DNA of 32,539 bases from an uncultured Anaerolineaceae bacterium (lineage in GTDB: Bacteria; Chloroflexota; Limnocylindria; Limnocylindrales; CSP1-4). Under the pieces are notes generated by a model. The model did no database searches, was not told where the DNA came from, and was given only the letters and a program-made list of their open reading frames with translations. This document shows, piece by piece, positions 24,531 through 30,944 of this stretch. Within the stretch, counting starts at the first letter, position 1; every line of letters begins with the position of its first letter. A program made the position numbers and the translations under genes. The stretch lies in NCBI GenBank assembly GCA_964556585.1, contig CAZKXK010000002.1, positions 1-32,539 on the forward strand, in the 5' to 3' direction.

Positions 24531-25355
24531 ATGTCCGTCAAGGAGCCGTTCCCCGACCTCAGCGAGATCCTCGTCTCGATCGGCGAAGCCGGGAGCCGCC
24601 TCGCGGCGATCGGCGCCAGCGAGGGTGGCGCCGGGAACATCTCGGTGAGCGTCGGCTGGCCGCTCGAGATTCGGCGCCAGTTCCCGGTCACCGCCGAGAT
24701 CCGGCTGCCCCTGCCGGCGCCGCACCTGGCGGGCTGGCGGATCATCGTCACCGGATCCGGCCGGCGCCTCCGCGACATCGCGACCGACCCGGCGGCGAAT
24801 CTCGGCGTCGTGCTGGTTCACCCGGGCGGAGAAGCCGGCACGCTCCACACGTCGCCGCGCTGCCTGTTCGAGTCGGTCACCAGCGAATGGAACTCGCACC
24901 TCGGGGTCCACGACGACACGGTCGCCCGCACCGGCACGAACTTCCACGCTGTCGTGCACGCCCAGCCCCCGCACCTCGTGTATCTCAGCCACGTGCCCGA
25001 GTATCTCGACGAGACGTACTTCAACCGCCGCCTGCTGCGCTGGGAGCCCGAGACGATCGTCAACCTTCCCCAGGGAGTCGGCGTGCTCCCGTTCATGGTC
25101 CCGGGCTCGGCCCAGCTGATGGAGGCGAACATCGCCGGGCTGCGCACGCATCGGGTCGTCCTGTGGGCGAAGCACGGCGTCATGACGCGGTCCGACATCT
25201 CGGTCACGCGGGCGGCCGATCGGATCGAGTACGCGGAGACCGCCGCGCGCTACGAGTACATGGACCTGCTCGCGGGCCGGCGCGCCGAGGGCCTGAGCCT
25301 CGACGAGCTGCGCGCGGTCGTCGGCGCCTTCGACGTCAAGACGGACGTCGTCTGA
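24531..25355 (+). CDS. rhaD: rhamnulose-1-phosphate aldolase (monofunctional class II aldolase)
   Basis: The 274-aa product has the same length as E. coli RhaD. It is colinear with RhaD as I recall it: 'EGGAGNIS', 'IIVTGSGRRLRDIATDPAANLGVV', 'AVVHAQPPHL', 'GVGVLPFMVPGS', 'VLWAKHGV'. GAGG lies 6 nt before the ATG. Confidence 0.75.
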   Translation: MSVKEPFPDLSEILVSIGEAGSRLAAIGASEGGAGNISVSVGWPLEIRRQFPVTAEIRLPLPAPHLAGWRIIVTGSGRRLRDIATDPAANLGVVLVHPGGEAGTLHTSPRCLFESVTSEWNSHLGVHDDTVARTGTNFHAVVHAQPPHLVYLSHVPEYLDETYFNRRLLRWEPETIVNLPQGVGVLPFMVPGSAQLMEANIAGLRTHRVVLWAKHGVMTRSDISVTRAADRIEYAETAARYEYMDLLAGRRAEGLSLDELRAVVGAFDVKTDVV

Positions 25356-25380
25356 GGCAGCCCCGCCTTCGGGATCTGCC
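25356..25380. terminator. candidate bidirectional stem-loop filling the 26-nt gap between convergent rhaD and E2
   Basis: GGCAG (25356-60) pairs with CTGCC (25376-80). An inner CCCG/CGGG stem has a 4-nt loop. The structure sits immediately between the two stop codons. Confidence 0.3.
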
Positions 25381-25381
25381 C

Positions 25382-26710
25382 TCAGGCGTCCTGCGCAGCC
25401 TGCCGGAAGGCGCCGACGTCCTCGAGTCGCCGGCGGATCGCGCCGAGGAACCGGGCTCCCATCTCGCCGTCCACCAGCCGGTGATCCGCCGATAGCGTGA
25501 GCTTCATGAGCGTGCGGACGGCCAGGCCGTCGCCGATCGCGACCGCGGTCGGGATCGCGCTCGAGACGGCGAGGATGGCGGCTTCACCGGGGTTGATGAT
25601 GGCGCTGAACTCCTCGACCCCGAACATGCCGAGGTTCGAGACGGTGAAGGTGCTGCCGGTCATGTCGTCGACCGGGAGCGTGCCTTCGCGCGCCCTCGCG
25701 GCCAGCTCGATCGCCCGGTCATGGAGCTCGCCGAGCGACAGTCGATCGGCGTCGCGGATCACGGGGACGACCAGGCCGCCGGGAAGCGACACGGCGACGC
25801 CGAGGTGGACCCGCGGGCGCGGCCAGACGGAGACGCCGTCGGTCCGCGCGTTGACATCCGGGAACTCGGCGAGCGTCTGCGCGGTGGCGGACAGCACGAA
25901 ATCGGTCACCGTCAGGTTGGTTCCCGCGGCCTTGAGCTCGGAACGCAGGGCGAAGAGCCCGGTGACGTCGGCAGCCACCGTAACCGTGAAGTGCGGCGTG
26001 GAGGTCCAGCTTGCGGTCAGCCGCTCGGCGATCACGCGGCGCATCCGCGTCAGCGGCCGTGACTCGTCCTCGCCCTCGACCGGCGCCACCGGCAGCGGGG
26101 TCGGTGCCGGGGCGGCGCCAGCTGCCCGCGCCACGACGGGCGGCACCGGACGCGCCGCCGCGGCGAGCGCGGCCACGACGTCGCGCTCGGTGATTCGCCC
26201 GCCGGGGCCGGTGCCGGCGATCGTACGGGGGTCGATCCCGGCCTCCGCCGCGGCGCGGCTCGCCCGCGGGCTGATCCGCAGCCGGCCGTCCGGCGCGGAG
26301 GATGGAGTCGCGGCCGCGGCGGACGTCGCGCCGGCCGGAGTAAGGGTCGGGGCAACGCCCGCAGGAGCCGGGACGACGGCCGGGATGGCGGCCGGGGCCG
26401 TGACGGGCGCCGCCGTGGGCGCCGCCGCGGGAACGCCGGCCGCGACCGGCGCCGACTCGGGGATCGCCTCGCCGGGCTGGCCCACGTAGGCACACACGGT
26501 GTTCACCGGCACGACGGCGCCTTCCGCGGCGATGATCCGCAGCAGGACGCCGTTGTCGAAGGACTCGACCTCCATCGTCGACTTGTCCGTCTCGATCTCG
26601 AAGAGAACGTCGCCCTTCGCGACCGGGTCGCCTTCCTTCTTGTGCCAGGCGATGACCGTGCACTCCTCGGTCATCTGGCCGGGCTTCGGCATGAGGATCG
26701 CGTGCGCCAT
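25382..26710 (-). CDS. dihydrolipoamide acyltransferase (E2) of a 2-oxoacid/acetoin-type dehydrogenase complex
   Basis: The lipoyl domain has 'LFEIETDKSTMEVES'. Ala/Pro linkers follow, then the subunit-binding segment 'RISPRASRAAAEAGID' and the catalytic 'SADHRLVDG'. Confidence 0.85.
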   Translation of the reverse strand: MAHAILMPKPGQMTEECTVIAWHKKEGDPVAKGDVLFEIETDKSTMEVESFDNGVLLRIIAAEGAVVPVNTVCAYVGQPGEAIPESAPVAAGVPAAAPTAAPVTAPAAIPAVVPAPAGVAPTLTPAGATSAAAATPSSAPDGRLRISPRASRAAAEAGIDPRTIAGTGPGGRITERDVVAALAAAARPVPPVVARAAGAAPAPTPLPVAPVEGEDESRPLTRMRRVIAERLTASWTSTPHFTVTVAADVTGLFALRSELKAAGTNLTVTDFVLSATAQTLAEFPDVNARTDGVSVWPRPRVHLGVAVSLPGGLVVPVIRDADRLSLGELHDRAIELAARAREGTLPVDDMTGSTFTVSNLGMFGVEEFSAIINPGEAAILAVSSAIPTAVAIGDGLAVRTLMKLTLSADHRLVDGEMGARFLGAIRRRLEDVGAFRQAAQDA

Positions 26711-26765
26711 GGATGGGGCCCTTCTCTCTGTCGTCAGCGGACGCGCCCGGTGCGCTCGATGCTGC

Positions 26766-29069
26766 TCAAAGCAGTGCCTTCGCCGCCGCGTAGATGTCGC
26801 CCGCGTTGGGCAGGAACGCCTGCTCCAGGCCCTGGGCCTGCGGGGAGATGCCGTTCGTGGCGCCGATCCGGGCGATCGGCGCGTCGAGGGAGTCGAACGC
26901 CTCCTCCTGGATGCGCGCCACGACCTCGTTCACGAAGCTGCCGCCGAGGACGGCCTGGCTGGCAACGACGCAGCGGCCGGTCTTGCGGACCGAGGCGAGG
27001 ACCGTCTCGAGGTCCAGTGGGACGAGGCTGCGCAGGTCGACGACCTCCGCCTCCACGCCGTCCTCGGCCGCCAGCCGATCCGCCGCGGACAGGGCGTCCG
27101 GCACGGCCGGGCCCCAGCCGACGAGCGTGACGTCGGTCCCCTCCCGGGCAACGTTCGCGACGCCGATCGGGACCAGGTGCTCCCCTTCGGGAACGGGGCC
27201 TTTGGCCGGGTAGAGGCCCTGGCTCTCGACGAAAAGGACCGGGTTGTTGGTGCGGATCGCGGACTTCAGGAGGCCCTTGGCGTCGGCCGGGTTCGAGGGG
27301 TAGACGACGTAGATCCCGGGGAGGTGCGTGAAAATGCTCTCCAGGGACTGGCTGTGCTGTCCGCCGTAGCCCTTCCCGGCGCCCACCGAGGCCCGCACGA
27401 CAAGCGGGACCTCCACCTGCCCGCCGCTCATGTAGTGCCACTTGGCGGCCTGGTTGGCGATCTGGTCCGACGCCATCAGGGCGAAGTCCATGTACATGAG
27501 CTCGACCACGGGCCGGAGGCCGACGATCGCCGCGCCGACGGCCGTGCCGCAGATGGCCGCCTCGCTGATCGGCGTGTTGAAGACGCGATCCCGTCCGAAC
27601 GACTCGAGCAGGCCCTTGGTCAGCTTGAACGCGCCGCCGTAGTCGGCGACGTCCTCGCCATAGAAGATGACCCGCCGGTCGCGGACCATCTCCTCCGCCA
27701 GCGCCTCGCGGAGCGCGTCGCGGTACGTGATCGCGCCGTCGACGCCCTGCTTGGAGACGGGCAGGGGGGCGAAGAGGGCGACCTCGCCCAGTCCCGCCGG
27801 GAGCGTGTCCGAGGTGGTCTCCGTGTACAGGAACTTGAGCGCATCGGCTGGATCGGGATCCGTCGCCTGGGAGGCCCGGACGGCCGCGCGCGCGTTGCGC
27901 TCGCGGACCCTGGTCTCGACCGCGCTGACGGCGGCCTCGTCAGCCACTCCGGCCGCGAGGATCTGCCGCTTGAGGCGCTCGATCGCGTCGACCGCCCGCC
28001 AGGCGGCCTCCTCGTCACGCGTCCGGTACTCGTTGCGGGGGTCGGACAGGGAGTGCCCGTAGTAGCGATAGGTGCTGGCCTCGATGAGGACCGGACCGTC
28101 GCCCGCGCGGCAGAGCGCCACGGCGCGCCGGACCGCGTCGCGGACGGCCAGGACGTCCATGCCGTCGACCGTCTCGGCATGCATGTTGTTCTCGGCGAAC
28201 CCGGCCGCGCGGCGAGCCAGGTGGCGGATCCCCATCACCTCGTCGTCGGTGTGGTGGGTCATCCCGTAGTGGTTGTTCTGGATGAAGTAGATGACGGGGA
28301 GCCCATAGGCGTGGTCGCCGGCGAGATGATTGGTCCACTGGGCCTGGGCGGCCCAGTTGAGCGACTCGAGCACCACGCCATTGGCGTAGGCGCCGTCACC
28401 CGCGAAGCAGCAAACGACCTGGTCCGTGCGCTCATGGCGGTGTGCCATCGCGGCGCCCGTCGCGATCGGGACGCTACCGCCGACGATCGCGTTGGCCCCC
28501 AGGTTGCCGGTCGAGAAATCGCCGATGTGCATCCCGCCGCCCCGCCCGGCGCCGTACCCTTCGTCCTTGCCGAAAAGCTCCGCGATCACCCGGTAGATGT
28601 GCTCCTCCAGGGCGGCCTCCAGGAGCTCCCCGCGCGTGCCGCCGGCCGAGCCCGGGACGCGCGCCCGAAGCGCCGCGTCGGACATCGAGCGGATCGCGGC
28701 AAAGCCCTTGGCCACCGCATCGCCATGTCCGCGGTGGGAGCTCGTGATGTTGTCGTCGACACGCAGGACGCTGCATGCGCCGACGGGCGACGCCTCCTGT
28801 CCGATCGACACGTGGGTGGGGCCCCGGTAGTCGTAGCCGGGAAGCGGCTCGTAGCCGCCCGAGCGCAGCCGGACGATCGTGTCCTCCAGCTCGCGGATGG
28901 CAAGCATGTCGTCGAGCAGGTCGAGCGCCTCGGCGCCCGTGATCCCGCCGGCGGCGATCTCGGTCGCGAGCGTGCCCGAATAGGCGAACCCGCTGATGGT
29001 CCCGGCCGATTCCTCGAACGGCTGCGTATCGGGCCGATGGTCGCTCAGAAACGCGGCCGCCGTTGTCAT
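26766..29069 (-). CDS. TPP-dependent dehydrogenase E1 component, alpha and beta subunits fused in one polypeptide
   Basis: The alpha part has 'SSHRGHG', 'GGGMHIGD' and the TPP motif 'CFAGDGAYANG'. The beta part starts near 'AITYRDALREAL' and has 'FNTPISEAAICG'. I prefer ATG 29069, which is preceded by GGAGG and a 5-nt spacer. The alternative ATG at 29126 forms an ATGA overlap with the deoR stop. Confidence 0.8.
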   Translation of the reverse strand: MTTAAAFLSDHRPDTQPFEESAGTISGFAYSGTLATEIAAGGITGAEALDLLDDMLAIRELEDTIVRLRSGGYEPLPGYDYRGPTHVSIGQEASPVGACSVLRVDDNITSSHRGHGDAVAKGFAAIRSMSDAALRARVPGSAGGTRGELLEAALEEHIYRVIAELFGKDEGYGAGRGGGMHIGDFSTGNLGANAIVGGSVPIATGAAMAHRHERTDQVVCCFAGDGAYANGVVLESLNWAAQAQWTNHLAGDHAYGLPVIYFIQNNHYGMTHHTDDEVMGIRHLARRAAGFAENNMHAETVDGMDVLAVRDAVRRAVALCRAGDGPVLIEASTYRYYGHSLSDPRNEYRTRDEEAAWRAVDAIERLKRQILAAGVADEAAVSAVETRVRERNARAAVRASQATDPDPADALKFLYTETTSDTLPAGLGEVALFAPLPVSKQGVDGAITYRDALREALAEEMVRDRRVIFYGEDVADYGGAFKLTKGLLESFGRDRVFNTPISEAAICGTAVGAAIVGLRPVVELMYMDFALMASDQIANQAAKWHYMSGGQVEVPLVVRASVGAGKGYGGQHSQSLESIFTHLPGIYVVYPSNPADAKGLLKSAIRTNNPVLFVESQGLYPAKGPVPEGEHLVPIGVANVAREGTDVTLVGWGPAVPDALSAADRLAAEDGVEAEVVDLRSLVPLDLETVLASVRKTGRCVVASQAVLGGSFVNEVVARIQEEAFDSLDAPIARIGATNGISPQAQGLEQAFLPNAGDIYAAAKALL

Positions 29070-29122
29070 GGGAACCTCCGATTCCGCGCCGGTCGCTCGC
29101 CCCGGTCGGGGCGCGATGGCGC

Positions 29123-29914
29123 TCATGCCTTGATCACCTTGATGCCCCGCTGCTCGAGGTCGCGGACGGCGCCCGCATCGATCCCGTCGTCGGTCACGAG
29201 GATGTCGATGGCATCGAGTCGCCCGGCGCCGACGAGCGAGCTGGTTCCGAACTTCCGGCTGTCGGCCAGCAGGATCACCTCGCGGGCTCGCGACAGCGCG
29301 AGCTCCTTGGTGGAGGCCTCGGCCGGGTCGGTGGTCGTCATGCCCTCCTCGAGCGACAGGGCGTACGTGCCCATGAGAGCCCGGTCGACGTGGATGCTCT
29401 CCAGGAGGGGGTGCGTGAGCGGACCGACAAGGGCCTGGCTCCGCTCCCGGAACTCACCCCCGACGACGATGAGGCGCGGGCCCCGGCCGGCCAGCTCGGT
29501 CGCGGCCGGCAGGCTGTTCGTGACCGCCGTCAGCCGATCCCACCCCCGGAGCATCCGGGCGACGGCGAGCACGGTCGTCCCGCTGTCGAGGTAGACGGTG
29601 TCATCCGGGGCGAGCAGCTCCAGCGCCCGGGCCGCGATGCGCTCCTTCTCCGCGGCGGCCTCGACGGCCTTGACGTCGAAGTGGGGTTCGCTCGGGCGTT
29701 CGCCGATCGCGACGGCTCCCCCGTGGACGCGCCGAACCGCGCCATCCGCCGCCAGCTCGTCCAGGTCGCGCCGAATGGTCGCCTGCGAGACGCCGAGGAT
29801 CGTGCTCAGCTCATCGAGACGCGCAGCGCCGCGCGACTCGACGATCGAGCGGATTCGCTGCCGCCGTTGGGGCGCAAGGTCCCGGAGGACCGCGTCGGTG
29901 GCAGATCCGCTCAT
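29123..29914 (-). CDS. DeoR-family transcriptional regulator
   Basis: HTH 'ELSTILGVSQATIRRDLDEL' plus a DeoR C-terminal domain (VYLDSGTT, AVTNS). ATG 29914 has GGAG 5 nt upstream. The in-frame ATG at 29929 sits 6 nt after a -10-like AAGAAT, so a leaderless start is a possible alternative. Confidence 0.75.
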   Translation of the reverse strand: MSGSATDAVLRDLAPQRRQRIRSIVESRGAARLDELSTILGVSQATIRRDLDELAADGAVRRVHGGAVAIGERPSEPHFDVKAVEAAAEKERIAARALELLAPDDTVYLDSGTTVLAVARMLRGWDRLTAVTNSLPAATELAGRGPRLIVVGGEFRERSQALVGPLTHPLLESIHVDRALMGTYALSLEEGMTTTDPAEASTKELALSRAREVILLADSRKFGTSSLVGAGRLDAIDILVTDDGIDAGAVRDLEQRGIKVIKA

Positions 29915-29935
29915 AACACTCCATGACATGCGTAC

Positions 29936-29965
29936 ATTCTTGCACAACGTTGCGCAGTGAGTCAA
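29936..29965 (-). promoter_or_regulatory. candidate promoter of the deoR-E1-E2 operon with a near-palindromic operator in the spacer
   Basis: Read on the minus strand: TTGACT (29965-29960), 18 nt, then AAGAAT (29941-29936). The spacer holds a 16-bp inverted repeat, TGCACAACGTTGCGCA (29941-29956), with 14/16 symmetric positions centred on AACGTT. Confidence 0.4.
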
Positions 29966-30088
29966 ACTCGACACGCGCGAACGCCTGCCGGGCTGGCACG
30001 CGTCCGGGAGGGGACGGCCACGAGCTCGATGTGGCGTGCCGGATTCGAGCGCAGGCGTGGTCCGTCGCCACCGGCGCCGGACCCAGGC

Positions 30089-30355
30089 TCACTCCGGCGG
30101 GTGCCCGGCCCCGCGGCGCGCGCGGTGCGAGCCCTTCGGCTCGCGCGTTCGACGCTCCTCGACGAGCAGCTCTTCCTCCGCCTCGCGGGCACGCTTCAGC
30201 TGCGCGTCGAGCACCTGCTTGAACTGCTTCGCCAGCCCGGTGCGCATCCCCTCGCGCTCCGCCGCGCGGAGGTCGTGATCCCGGCGTCGGTCGCGCTCCG
30301 CCTCGGCGGGCGGCAGGTCCAGCTCGTCGTCGCGGTCCGGGTCCACGTCGTTCAT
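30089..30355 (-). CDS. small highly charged hypothetical protein (88 aa, predicted helical/coiled)
   Basis: ATGA overlap with the CYTH stop. GC3 is strongly biased in this frame. There is no recognisable domain, and the composition is dominated by D/E/R. Confidence 0.4.
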   Translation of the reverse strand: MNDVDPDRDDELDLPPAEAERDRRRDHDLRAAEREGMRTGLAKQFKQVLDAQLKRAREAEEELLVEERRTREPKGSHRARRGAGHPPE

Positions 30356-30912
30356 GACGTGGAGCGTGCCCCGCCGCGACGCTCGTCGTCAAGCGCCAGT
30401 TCGGCCGGTGGCGGCGGCCGGAGGGCGATCTCGTGGTTCATGTAGGCGCTCTCGAGGCTGACCTCCCGGACCAGGTGAGCGAGGATCACTGGAGGGAGTG
30501 GCGGAACCTCGGCCGCGTCCTCCAGCTCCACCTCGAGCAGGACGAGGCCGGGCGGATCGACGAAGACGTCCAGCTCCAGCACATGGCCGGCGAACGGGAA
30601 GACGTGGCGCACCTTGCGGACCGGACGGCGGGCCGGATCTGCGTCGTTGAGCAGGATCCGATCGTAGGAGGCCGAATCCAGCTCCTCCTCGTGCTCCTCC
30701 CTCGTGATCCCGGCGATCTCGCGCTTCCGGTTCGCCACGTAGCGGGTCCGGCCTCCCGCCTCGACCTTCCGGACCCGGCGGACCCAGTCGCCCTCGGATC
30801 GGAGGTAGACCTGTTCGATCCGGTGCGGCTGCGCGCCCAGCGCTGCCAGCTCCGCGTCCGAGGGCGCGCCGGAAAGCAGGTACTTCCGCTCGATCTCCAG
30901 GCCGGCCGGCAT
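30352..30912 (-). CDS. CYTH-domain protein (triphosphate tunnel metalloenzyme family)
   Basis: The N-terminal 'LEIERKYLL' carries the EXEXK signature. The size fits a single CYTH domain. ATG 30912 is preferred over the TTG at 30942. Confidence 0.7.
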   Translation of the reverse strand: MPAGLEIERKYLLSGAPSDAELAALGAQPHRIEQVYLRSEGDWVRRVRKVEAGGRTRYVANRKREIAGITREEHEEELDSASYDRILLNDADPARRPVRKVRHVFPFAGHVLELDVFVDPPGLVLLEVELEDAAEVPPLPPVILAHLVREVSLESAYMNHEIALRPPPPAELALDDERRGGARSTS

Positions 30913-30932
30913 CGGTGCTGCGAGCCCTCCCC

Positions 30933-30938
30933 TACACT
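30933..30938 (+). promoter_or_regulatory. -10-like TACACT placed 6 nt before the MFS ATG (leaderless geometry)
   Basis: The sequence reads TACACT-ccaagc-ATG(30945). The whole divergent gap to the CYTH gene is only 32 nt. Confidence 0.25.
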
Positions 30939-30944
30939 CCAAGC

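Noticed and set aside
26766-29126. E1 start at ATG 29126 (ATGA overlap with the deoR stop).
   Set aside because: This is not excluded. However, the 19 extra codons have weaker GC3 bias and low-complexity sequence, and ATG 29069 has a strong GGAGG with a 5-nt spacer. I kept 29126 as an alternative only.
26499-29594. The longest ORF in the track (1031 aa, plus strand).
   Set aside because: It is antisense to the clearly recognisable E1 and E2 genes. The translation is Arg/Gly/Asp/Pro/Val-rich with no motif I recognise. Long stop-free antisense frames are expected at this GC content. The minus-strand frames carry the conserved TPP, lipoyl and catalytic motifs and GC3 saturation.
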